From contig NC_086097.1 in the NCBI RefSeq assembly GCF_963921235.1, positions 27,344,001-27,408,000 of the forward strand: 64,000 nucleotides of DNA, read 5' to 3'. Positions 46,991 to 58,717 of this stretch are shown here, one piece after another. Each line of letters starts with the position of its first letter. The stretch's first letter is position 1. Below the pieces are notes generated by a model. The model worked only from the letters and a program-made list of their open reading frames with translations. It searched no databases and was not told the DNA's origin. A program made the position numbers and the translations under genes. This stretch comes from Mobula hypostoma. Taxonomy: Eukaryota.

Positions 46991-48264
46991 TTAGAAGACA
47001 ATACAAGGGAAAGACAATAACAAAGACAGATGTTGGACTCTGACATCTGGAGAGTGCCTATGATGCTGCTGCAAGTTTTTCATTGTACCTGCACCTCACG
47101 TACTTGAGCACACGACAATAAACTTCAGCTCGACTTGACAGCAGAGGTAATATTGATGACCTTGGGAAACAAATGATTTTCTAAAATCCTTAAAGATTCT
47201 TCAGCAGTAGATAGGTAGGTAATAAGTGCAAAGCCATGTTTCAAAAAGGGTGGGTGGAAGCTATTGACCGGTTTCCATCTGACAGGAAATGACTGCAATC
47301 TGTTATTGCGGACACAGGAACCTGGCACTTGGAAAAACAGTGATATGATGATACAGATTCGACATGCTTAATGAAATGGAAATCATGTTTGACAGGTTTC
47401 ATTGAAAATAGTGAAGACATATCTAGCAGGGTAGATAAGGATGTGGTATGTCTATACTGTTGAACATGCTTCTGAAAGGTAATATACAAAAGGCTGTGAC
47501 ATAAAGTAGGGGGTCATGTAGTTCAAAAATGGATAGAATATTAGAAAATAGACAGAAATGGGTTTAGTGACAAAGGGATCTTTTCTCAGGTTGGAGAACT
47601 GTTCAAAGTATATTTATTATTATAGTACAAATACTGGATGTCACCATATACTACCCTGAGATTCATTTTCTTGCAGGCATTTATAGTTGAATGAAGAAAT
47701 ACAATAGAATCAATGAACAACTACATACAAAGACCGACAAATAACTAATGTGCAAAAGAAGACAAATTATGCAAATTTTAAAAAACAACTAATAACAAAA
47801 AATGTAAATAAATAACACTGAGAACATGAGTTATAGAGTCCTTGAAAGTGAGTCCATTGGTTGTGGAATCGGTTGTGCTGAGGTGAGTGAAGTTATCCAT
47901 GCCTGATCGCTGCTCCTGAACCTAATGGTGTGGGATTTGAGGCTCCAGTTGTTCCTTCCTGGGTACAAGGTGGGTTACAGGGATCAGTACAGGTCCCTTA
48001 CATACAGGGTATTTACAGTTTATATTAATGTATGGTGATGCAAAACAAGGTGGGAAAGTGAACTGTGAGGAGGAAGATGTTTCCAATTATACACATTCGA
48101 GTGAGTGGGTAAGAAGATGGCAGATGGAGTCTAACGTGGGAAAATATGATGTTATTAACATTACCAGGAAGAACAGAAAAGGTGTTTTTACAGTGCTGGA
48201 AACTGACAAATGTTGATGTACTGATCTGGATGTGCTTGTTCATGAAATGCAGCATGTTAAAATG

Positions 48265-48792
48265 CACAAACACAAGAAAATCCGCAGATGTTGGAAATCC
48301 AGAGCAATACACACAAACCACTGGACGAACATAGCAGGTCAGGCAACATCCACAGAGACGAATATTCAGACACTGCGGGTTGAGACCCTTTATCATGACT
48401 AAAAAGGAAGGAGACAGAAGGCAGAATAAGAAGGTGGGGAGGAGAGGCAAAGGAGTACAAGCTGGCAGGTGATAGGTGAAGCCAGGTGAGTGGGTGGGGG
48501 AGGGGGGAAATGAAGTGAGGAGCTGGGAGGTGAAGGTGGAAAAGGTAAAGGGCTGAAGAAGGAGAAATCCAAAAGGAGAAGAGAGTAGTCCATGACAGAG
48601 TGGAGGGGAACCGGGAAGAGCTGACAGGCAGGTGAGGAGAAGAGAAGGGGTAAGAGGGGAACCAGAATGGGGAATGGAAAAAGAATGGAAAAGGGTGGAA
48701 GGGGGAGAAGTTACTGGAAGTTAGAGAAATTGACGTTCATGCTGTCAGGTTGGAGGCTACCTAGGTGGAACATGAGATGTTATTCCTCCAAT
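48265..48792 (-). mobile_element. Penelope (Neptune-type) 3' fragment
   Basis: Antisense LEE*HLMFHLGSLQPDSMNVNFSNF, a purine-rich spacer and the terminal repeat. Confidence 0.8.
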
Positions 48793-49129
48793 AATGCAGG
48801 TTAAAATCCAGGTATATTACACAATTCCACACAGACAGTACAGGCAATTCAGAAACAGTTTCTTCCCCCTCCACCATCTAAGAACCCTTGAACACTACCC
48901 TGTTATTCCTTTTTTGTACTATTTATTCATTTTGTAATTTATAGAAGCTTTATGTTTTTCCACTGCACCTCTGCTGCAAACCAACAAATTTCACACCACA
49001 TAACAAAGCGATAGTAAGCCTGGTTCTGACGTCAAAATCAAACATAGATTGCCAGAGCTATGACACAACTGCATTACGTGTAAATGTACGAGCATTGGGT
49101 TTTAACTCTAGCCAGGAGAGAAGAAAGAA

Positions 49130-49435
49130 CGATTAGTTTTATTTGCCAGATGTACATAGAGATAGACAGTGAAATGCATTATTCTGCATCAAACCAATTG
49201 TGCTGGACAGCCTGCAAATGTCGCTGTGCTTCTGGTGGCAACAAAGTATGCTCATAATTCACTGACTCTAACTTGTATGTCTTTGGAATGAGGGAAGAAA
49301 CTGAAGTACTGGGAGGAAACCCATGTGTTGATGAAGAAAATGTAAAAACTCCTTACAGATAGCGCTGGGTATAGAACCATGATCTTACAGCTGGCGCTGT
49401 AAAATGTTGTACTAACCGCTACGTTACTGTGTAAA
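49130..49435 (-). mobile_element. SINE (HE1/V-SINE-like)
   Basis: Antisense core ctttggaatg..ggaaacccatg..aaactccttacaga..ctaaccgctacgttactgtg. Confidence 0.75.
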
Positions 49436-49889
49436 CAGAAATACTACCTCTGCCTCCCAGTGATCTGTCCTCAGAGTTCAAAGTTTGAAGTAAATATATT
49501 GTCAGAGTTTGTATTCCACACATAACCTTGAGTTCCATTTTCTTGCAAGCACCCATAGGAAAATAAAGAAATACAAAAAAATATAATCCATGAAAAATTG
49601 TACATAACAAAGGCAGAGTCCCTGAAAATGAGTCTGTCGACTGTGTAGTCAGTTCAGCACTGAGGCAAGTAAAACCATCCACGCCAGTCCAGGAGCTTGA
49701 TGGCTGTAGGGCAACAACTATACCCGAACTTGGTGTCACTTGTTTTCCACTCTTGGCCTTTGCTGCTTTAATCTGGCTTAAAATGCTTTCTTTTCTGGCA
49801 ATGGCTGACCTACATACCAGAGAGTCAAGTTCGCTGAATCCTTCAGGTTGTAAAATCACTAGTTGATCTAGACAGTTTAAAAGTACCAG

Positions 49890-50492
49890 TTGCTGGTGAA
49901 CGCAGCAGGCCAGGCAGCATCTCTAGGAAGAGGTACAGTCGACGTTTCAGGCCGAGACCCTTCGTCACGACTAACTGAAAGAAGAGCTAGTAAGAGATTT
50001 GAAAGTGGGAGAGGGAGGGGGAGGGGGAGATCCAAAATGATAGGAGAAGACAGGAGGGGGAGGGATGGAGCCAAGAGCTGGACAGGTGATTGGCAAAAGG
50101 GATATGAGAGGATCATGGGACAGGAGGCCTAGGGAGAAAGACAAGGTGGGGGGGGGAAGCCCAGAGGATAGGCAAGGGGTATAGTGAGGGGGAGAGAGGG
50201 AGAAAAAGAATGTGTGTATATAAATAAATAACGGATGGGGTACGAGGGGGAGGTGGGGCATTAACGGAAGTTAGAGAAGTCAATGTTCATGCTATCAGGT
50301 TGGAGGCTACCTAGACGGAATATAAGGTGTTGTTCCTCCAGCCTGAGTGTGGCTTCATCTTGACAGTAGAGGAGGCCATGGATAGACATATCAGAATGGG
50401 AATGGGACGTGGAATTAAAATGTGTGGCCACTGGGAGCTCCTGCTTTCTCTGGCGGACAGAGCGTAGGTGTTTAGCGAAACAATCTCCCAGT
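49890..50492 (-). mobile_element. Penelope (Neptune-type) 3' fragment, same family as 1-1663
   Basis: Close antisense match to ~930-1650 without the CR1 insert. It holds the best hammerhead copy (49936-49972): AGTC GTGACGA AGGGTCTCGGCCT GAAACGTC GACT. Confidence 0.92.
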
Positions 50493-51009
50493 TCAAAAGT
50501 ACGTTTCTTGAAGGTAAATTACAGGTTGCATATTGCAGGCTTGTTTGAGAAGAAGTATATCCAGCAGAGTATTTAGTTTTCAGATCTACCTTCAAAACAC
50601 CGCTGTATATTGCCAGCAGCATCTTTAAGTAAAAGTCTCTAATCACACTTTAAAAAAAATTCTTATATTAACTTATAATAATTTTCATGTATTGCACTGT
50701 GTTGCTTCTGCAAAACAACAATTTTCATGGCATATACCAGTGATAATAAACATGATTCTGATGAAAGATTGTAAAATTTGTCCCTATTAACCAGTTTTCC
50801 AAAAGAGAGGTGACTTTATTGAAATGTGAGAAGGATTTAATATGTTGTAAGTTCAGAAGTTTTTTCTGACCAGAAGGTCTAGAAATCAAGGTGAGGGTAG
50901 AAAGAGCCTCAGAACAAGAATAAAGAATCTGTCTTCAAAGGGTGAGAGGAGGAAGATTTTTTATTCAAAGGATTTTGAACCTCAAGACCTCAGTTGCTGG
51001 GTGTAGTAA

Positions 51010-51508
51010 GAAAGATATTCACAAGCTAGAAAATCTACACTGATTTTGCTGGGACTTGAGGACCTGAATTCCAGGGATTGTTTGAATAGGTTAGGAATTC
51101 CCTGGAATGCAAGAGAATGAAGGGAACTCTTATATTTAAAATTATGAGGGCTACAGATAGGGTAAATGCATGCAGGCTTTTCCCCTTAGTTGGGTGAGAC
51201 TAGAACTAGAGGTTACAGGTTTGTGGTGAAAGGTGAAAAATTTAAGGGGAATCGCTGGGGGGGGGCGGCGAAGGTGTGAACTTCTTCATTCAGAGGGTGG
51301 CAAGACTGTGGAATGAGCTGCTAGCGGAAGTGGTAGATGTGGGTTAGATTGCAATACTTAAAAGAAGTTTAAATAGGTACATGGATGAAAGAGATATGGA
51401 AGGCTATTGTCTGAGTGAAGCTAGATGGGTCTAGGCGGAAAACTAAACTGGACAGGACTAGATGAGTTGAAGGGTCTGATTCTGTACAGTAGTGCTCTAT
51501 GACTCTGA
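51010..51508 (+). mobile_element. CR1 3' end
   Basis: LLGLEDLN..FFIQRVARLWNELL..tail ctctatgactct. Confidence 0.75.
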
Positions 51509-52526
51509 CTGTGCAGATTGGTGATAATATCTTCTCCTCACTGACGATCAACACTGGTGCACCTCAGGGGTGTGTGCTTAACCCACTGCTCTCCTCTCTC
51601 TATACCCATGACTGTGTGGCTAGGCATAGCTCAGATGCCATCTATAAATTTGCTGATAATACAACCATTGTTGGTAGAATCTCAGATGGAGACTAGAGGG
51701 TGTACAGGAGTGAGATATGCCAACTAGTGGAGTGGTGTGGCAACAACAACCTGGCACTCAACGTCAGTAAGATGATAGAGATGATTGTGGACTTCAGGAA
51801 GGGTAAGACGAAGGAAGACATACCAATCCTCACAGAGGGATCAAAAGTGGAGAGAGTGAGCTGTTTCAAGTTCCCGGATGTCAAGATCTCTGAGGACCTA
51901 ACCTGGTCCCAACATATCGATGCAGCTATAAGCAAGGCAAGACAGTGAGGAGTTTGAAGAGATTTGGTATGTCAACAAAAACAGTCAAAAACTTCTACTT
52001 ATGTACCATAGAGAGCATTCAGACAGGCTGCATCACTGTCTGGTATGGGGGGGGGGTGGGTGGGTGGGTGGTGGAAGCTATTGCACAAGCTACAGGGTCA
52101 TAAATTTAGTCGGCTCCATCTTGGGTACTAACCTGCAAAGTACCCAAGACATCTTCAAGGAGCGGTGTCTCAGAAAGGCACCGTCCATTATTAAGGACCC
52201 CAGCACCCAGGGTATGTCCTTTTCTCACAGCTACCATCAGGAAGGAGGTACAAAAGCCTGAAGGCACACACTCAGCAATTCAGGAACAGCTTCTTCCCCT
52301 CTGCCATCTGATTCTTAAACGGACGCTACTTCACTTTTTTAATATATATTATTTCTGTTTTTGCATGATTTTTAATCTATTCAATATACCTATACTGTAT
52401 TTGATGTATGCATGTATTAATTTATTTTTTATTTTTCTTCTTCTAGATTATGTATTTCATTGAACTGCTGCTGCAAAGTTAACAAATTTCATGACACATG
52501 CCGGTGATAATAAACCTGATTCTGAC
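51508..52526 (+). mobile_element. 5'-truncated Rex1/Babar-type LINE, same family as 34814-36503
   Basis: [40 protein letters not shown]; tail aataaacctgattctga. Confidence 0.9.
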
Positions 52527-52599
52527 TAACTCGAGTGATTTTTGGACAACAAAGGATTGAGACTATATGAGGACCAGATAGGAAAATGGGTTTGAGTTT

Positions 52600-53000
52600 A
52601 AGGATTGACTGGAGGAAGTTTGATAGCTCTGGGCTTGTACACGATGGAGTTTAGAAGAATTAAAGATGGATCTTATTGAAACCTACTGAATATTAAAAAA
52701 CTAGTTAGAGTGGATGTGGAGAGTATGTTTCCAATAGTTGGAGACTCAGAGTAGAAGAACATCCCTTTAGAACAGAGAAAAGAGGTATTTCTTTAGCCAG
52801 AGAGTGGTGAATCTGGGGAATTCATGGCTGCAGACAGCAGTGGAGACCAAGTCATTGAGTATATTTGAAGTGGAGGTTGATAGGTTGATAGGTTTTTGAT
52901 TGGTAAGGGCGTCAAAGGTTACAGGGAGAAGGCAGGAGAATGAGGTTGAGATGGAAAGTAAATCAGCCATGATGAAATGGCACAGTAGACCCGATGGTCT
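52600..53000 (+). mobile_element. CR1 3' fragment
   Basis: LGLYTMEFRR..FFSQRVVNL. Confidence 0.75.
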
Positions 53001-53089
53001 CACGGAAAGAACCACTTGCATCACTTCTGCTTCGATTTCTCATGTTCACCTCACCTGAGACATTCTGTGTTGTTGTAGATATGGATAAG

Positions 53090-55866
53090 GGTAGTAATTT
53101 CTGGATTGCTCCCTGTGCCATGCATCAATGAGGGTAGAAACAGGATGACTTGGTAGATAAATGTGTGGCTGAAAAGCTGGTGCAGGGAGCAGAGCTTCAG
53201 ATTCTTGGATCATTGGGATCTCTTCTGGGGGAGGTATGACCTGTACAAAAAGGAAGAGTTGCACCTGAACCCGAGAGGGACCAATATTCTCGTGAGCAGG
53301 TTTGTTAGAGTTGTTGGGGAGGGTTAAAACTAATTTGGTTGGGGGATGGGAACCGGAGCGAAGGGATTCAGGATATGATGGGTAGTAAAAATGCACGCAG
53401 TCAAGACTGTTAGGAAGGGCACACAGATGAGGAGACAAAATTGCAACTGGCAGGGTGCGTATCATTGCATTAGAGATGTAGAATCATAAAGGGTAGCAAA
53501 TACAGTACTCACAGTGTTATATCTCAATGCACCAAGTATAAGAAATAAGGTTGATGATTTTGTTGCACTTTTACAGATTGTTGGGTATGACGTTGTGCCC
53601 ATCACTGAATCGTGGCTGAAGGATGGTTGTAGTTGGGAACTGAATGACCAAGGTTACACATTGCTTCAGAGGGATAGGAAAGTAGGCAGAGGGGGTGACA
53701 TGGCTCTGCTGGTAAAGAATGACATCAACTCATTAGAAAGATGTAACATAGGATTGAAAGATGTAGAATCCTTGTGAGTTGAATTAAGAAACTGCAAGGA
53801 TAAAAGGACCTTGATGGCAGCTATATACAGGCCTCCAAACAGCAGCTGGGATGTGTACTACAGATTACAATGGGAAATAGAAAAGGTGTGTCGAAAGGGC
53901 AACATTATGATAGTCACGGGAGATTTCAACATGTGTAGGTAGATTGGAAAAATCAGGTTAGTAATAGATCTCAGAAGAGTGAATTTGTTGAATGTCTATG
54001 AGATGGCTTTTTTTTAAGAGCAGTTTATCGTTGAGCCTATTAGGGATCAGCTGGATTGGGTGTTATGTAATGAACAGGAGGTGATTAGGGAGCTTAAGGT
54101 AAAGGAAGCCTTAGGAAGCAGCGATCACAATGTGATTGAGTTCAACTTGAAATCTGATAGGGGAGTAAAGGAAATTACAGTGGTATGAGAGAGGAGTTGG
54201 CCAAAGTAAATTGGGAGGAGATGCTTGCAGGGCAGAGCAGCAATGGCTTGAGTTTCTGGGAAAAATGAGGAAGGTACAAGATAGATGTATTCCAAAAACA
54301 AAGAGATACTCAAATGACAAAATAGTACAACTAGGGAAGTCAGAGCTAATGTAAAAGCAAAAGAGAGGGCATGCAACAAAGCAAAAACTGGTGGAAAGAT
54401 AGAGGATTGGGAAAACTTACAGAAAACAACTATAGGACTCATTAGGATGCAAAAGATGCAATATGAAAGCAAACTAGCAAACAATATCAAGGTGACTAGG
54501 TATATTCAAGTACTTATATAAAAACACAGAGATGAGAGCGTATATAGGAAAAATAACAGGGGACAAGAAGATGGCAGATGAACTAAGTTAGTATTTTGCG
54601 GCAGTCTTCACTGTGGAAGACACTAGCAGTGTGCCAGGTGTGGAAGGGTGTGAAGGGAGAAAAGTGAGTGCAGTTACTATTACAAGGGAGAAAGTGGTCA
54701 AAAAGCTGAAAGACATAAAGGAGCATAAGTCACCTGGACCAGATGAACTACACTCTGGAGTTCTGAAAGAGATAGCAGCAGAGACTGTGGTGGCATTTGC
54801 AATGATCTTTCAACAATCATTGGACTCTGGCATGGTGCCAGAGGACTGGAAAATTGCAAATATCACTCCACTCTTTAAGAAATGAAGGATGCAACAGAAA
54901 GGAAATTATAGACCAGTTAGCCTGACCTCAGTGGTTTGAAAGCTGTTGGAGTCAATTGTTAAGGATGAGATTAACAATCTTGGTGACACAGGACAAGATA
55001 GGACAAAATCGGCATTGCTTCCTTGAGGGAAAATCCTGCCTGACGAACCTGTTGAAATTCTTTGAGATTACTAGTAGGATAGATAAAGGGGATGCAGTGG
55101 ATGTTGTATATTTGGATTTTCAGAAGGCGTTTGACAAGGTGTCACATATGAGGCTGCTTACCAAGTTAAGAGCCCATGGTATTACAGAGGTTAACTAGTG
55201 GGTTGAGTCACTGGTGATGAAGGCAAATGCAGTGTTAGCATTCATTTCAAGAGGTCTAGAATACAAGAGCAGGGATGTGATGCTGAGGCTTTATATGCCA
55301 CTGGTAAGGCCTCACCTTGAGTATTAAGCAGTTTTGGGCTCCTTACCTAAGGGAAGATCTGCTGCTATTGTAGAAGGTTCAGAGGAGGTTCACAAGGATG
55401 ATTGCGGGAATGAGAGGGTTATCATATGAGGAGCCTTTGATGGCTCTGGGCCTGTACTCACTGGAATTCAGAAGGATGAGAAGGGTTCTCATTAAGACCT
55501 TTCAAATATTGAAAGGCCGAGACAGAGTAGATGTGGAAAGGATGTTTCCATGATAGGGGAGTCTAGGACAAGAGGGCACAGCCTCAGCATAGAGGGGTGT
55601 CCATTGAAAACAGAGATACAGAGAAATTTCTTTAGCCAGAGGCTGGTAAATTTGTGGAATTTGTTACCATAGGCAGCTGTGGAGGACAGGTTGTTGGATA
55701 TATTTAAGGCAGAGATTGATAGGTTCTTGATTGGCCATGACATCAGTGGTCACAGGGAGAAGGCCGAGCAGTGGTGCTGAGGAGGGGAAAAGGGTAGCCA
55801 TGGTTGAATGGCGGAGCAGGCTTGGTGGGCCAAATAGCCTAATTCCTATGTATTATGGTCTTATGG
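53090..55866 (+). mobile_element. Degenerate CR1 (end of ORF1 esterase, APE, RT, 3' UTR) with deletions
   Basis: FRFLDHWDLFWGRYDLYKKEELHLN; LYLNAPSIRNK..ITESWL; IYRPP; GDFN; GSSDH; KSPGPDELH; YLDFQKAFDKV; tail ttatggtcttatgg. Confidence 0.9.
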
Positions 55867-56379
55867 ACAATTTTACTGCTAACATAGAGTAGATGCACCA
55901 TAGAGAGCTTCTACAGAGTTAAAGATGAAATGCATACAAGAAACAGTTTTCCTTGATCCTTTGTATTAACAGCTGCATTACTATGTGAAGGGGAGAGGGG
56001 GCACGAAGTAGGCTTAAAAGGGAAAAGAGTGTGAAATTTGATAATCTTCTGGCAAAGTCAAAAGTCGCCAGTCACTACAGCCAGATGGGCAATTAAGCTG
56101 CTTCATACTGGTCAGGTTCCAGGAAGCTGTGAGCTGTTCTCTGGCATTTACAATGCTGGATCCAGCAAACGTTCCCTACATTAGAACGACAGACTCATGA
56201 AAAACTGAGTCACTGATTATTCCGGTAAGGGGAAGGAGCAGTATTTAGCAGGGAAAATGTGGAGGAGGCCAGAGTTTCCAGTTGGGAAAATTATCTACAA
56301 ATCTAACATTAGTCTTGAAGAAGTCAATTCTGCCTTTACGATTTACTGATGTTGAGGAATCAATGGTGTATTTCGAGTG

Positions 56380-57743
56380 TGTCTATGAAGGTTCTCAGTC
56401 ATCCAGGTCATTGTATATCAAGCAATAGTAAATCAATGCAACTGGACTTGCTGTGTGGTCTCGAAGATGTTTACCACTCATCCGAGAGGGTTCTTCTGTT
56501 CTAATCCATGGTGGATAGTTCTCCGGTTTATAAACTCGGTGAGTTGTTTAAAGGTATAGCAATCACATGAGGGTCATTAAGAGCTGTCGGGGCAATGAGA
56601 GGGTTGTTAGTCTTATCTTTGCATCAATGAAGGTGTGAACGGTTGTGGAGATGCTGGGGTAGGGTGTTAGGACTACATTGTAAGTAGCTGATAGGTGGTG
56701 TCATACCCCATCCCCTCTGTTCAGGAGAAGTTTTTCCAGTTTGACAAAGATGGCTTCTTTAGCCCCTCATTCAAACCACCTGTCCTCCCTGTCCAAAACA
56801 TGCACATTGTTATCATCAAAGGAGTGTCCCTTGTCCTTTAGGTGTAGACATACAGCCAATTCTTGACCTGTGGTGTTAGCCCTCCTATGTTGGCCCATCT
56901 GTTTGTGAAGTGGTTGTTTTATCTCACCGATATACAGATCTGTGCAGTTCTCGGGTATAGGATCATCGGGGCGGATGAGTTTCTGTCTAGTTTCTGGCTT
57001 TGGTGTTTGTTGAAAATCCTCCTGAGTTTCTCTGAAACTCCAGCTACATATGGGATGACTATGTTTTTCCATCTGCTTTGCTCTTTAGCTGTGTCTGCTG
57101 GGCTGATGTCCCTTCTGGTTTTTGTTGCTGTCTTGATGAAGGCCCTGTCAGGGTAACAGCAAGCTTTCACAGCTTCTCTCAAATACTTGTGCTCCTTGTC
57201 TTTCACTGTACTGTTGGTGGGCACGTTCTTGGTGCGGTGATGTAGTGTTCTGATAGCCCCCAACTTATGCTCTAATAGGTTCAAATTTACACGAGAAGAT
57301 GTCAAGAATGATAGATTGGCCTTTTTAGACTGTGCAGTACTTATCAAAGAAAATGGACATCTAGATATTGAAGTTTACAGGAAACCAACCCACACAGATC
57401 AGTACCTATGGTTTGACTCTCAATCACCCATTAGAACAGTGGGGGTGGGGTATGATACCACCTATCAGCTACATACAATGTAGTCCTAACATCTCTACCC
57501 CGGCGTCTCCACAACAGTTCACACCCCCATTCATGCAAAGATAAGACTAATGATCCTCTCATTACCTCTACCACTCTTAACGACCCTCACATGATTGCTA
57601 TACCTTTAAACAACTCACAGAGTTTATAAGGCGGAAAACTATCCACCATGGGTTAGAACTGAAAAAGTCTCTCAGCTGAGTAGCAAAACGTCTTCTAGAC
57701 AACACAGCAAGTCCAGTTAACTTGATTTACTACTGCTTGATAC
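56380..57743 (-). mobile_element. Penelope-like element (Poseidon-type, no Cys linker) with inverted terminal repeat and internal inversion
   Basis: Minus strand: HKLGAIRTL..IPYVAGVSEKLRRIF..CTDLYIGE..QHRR..HLKDKGHSF..REDRWFE. Plus strand 57280-57437: FKFTREDVKNDRLAFLDC..VYRKPTHTDQYL. 57441-57743 is the inverse of ~56413-56715. Confidence 0.9.
57654..57696 (+). ncRNA. Degenerate minimal hammerhead motif of the second Penelope family
   Basis: TAGAA CTGAAAA AGTCTCTCAGCTGAGTAGC AAAACGTC TTCTA, with stem I TAGAA/TTCTA. The partner copy is antisense at ~56461-56503. Confidence 0.5.
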
Positions 57744-58069
57744 GTATTTCCAGTACTTTTGGGCATTACCTTACATAGAATGTAGAACAGTATAGTACAG
57801 AAGGCAGTCCTTTGACTCACAATGTCTACACCAAACAAGATGCCAACTACATGGATATGCCTGTACATGATCAATATCCCTCTCTTCCCCACATTTCTAT
57901 GTATCTGTCCAACAGCCTCTTAAATGCCTCTGTCGTATCTGCCTCCACTACCACCCCCGGCAGTGTATTTCAGGCACTCACCACTCTCTGTATAAAAAAT
58001 TTGCCCCACACCTTAAACTTCCCACCCCACTTTAAATGCACGTCCTCTAGATTAGAATAGTTATTTAGG

Positions 58070-58700
58070 CACAAGTACATCGAAAAAGACTGTGAAATGT
58101 GTTGTTTACATTAACAACCAACAAAGCCTGAGGTTGTGCTTGGAGCAGCCTGTAAGTGTTTCCATACTTCCAACATCAACATAGCATGCTCACAATGTTC
58201 AGCAGAACAACACGCAGCCAACATATAACAAGACAGACATAACAAACTCCTTCCTGTCCCACAGAGCCTGTCAGAGATCAAAGCCTTCATCCTTGGATCC
58301 TTGACAGCACCTTTGACCTCAGGGATTTCAGGTCTTTGCCCTCAGCACCTGCTGACCCGACCTCCATCCTCAGAGATCAGTGGAGTCCGACATCCAGACC
58401 TGCTGACTGACCTCAGACTTCTGGACTTGTCTGCACAGACATTCGATCTTGAGACTCGCCAACCTTGGGGGTCACCAGCCCTCATCCTCGGGGCTTGCTG
58501 ACCTCATTCCTTGACCATAAGGATTCTTAGCCTTTGTACTTAATGCCTGCCAACCCAACCTCCATCCTCATGGATTGCTGGCCTTCAACCCCGGAGCAGT
58601 CCGACCCTCGACTGCTGTCCCTAACTCTTCATTTACTGCCCCTGACCTCTAACTCTTCCTCATCCCTGTTCCTAATCACCAACATGACCCCTCTCTCCCT
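58070..58700 (-). mobile_element. Non-autonomous retroposon with repetitive body and SINE-shared tail
   Basis: Antisense gttctgctgaacattgtgagcatgctatgttgatg tail as at 2340-2400; the body contains aagtccagaagt as at ~2146. Confidence 0.5.
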
Positions 58701-58717
58701 GCACTGTCCTAGATCCA

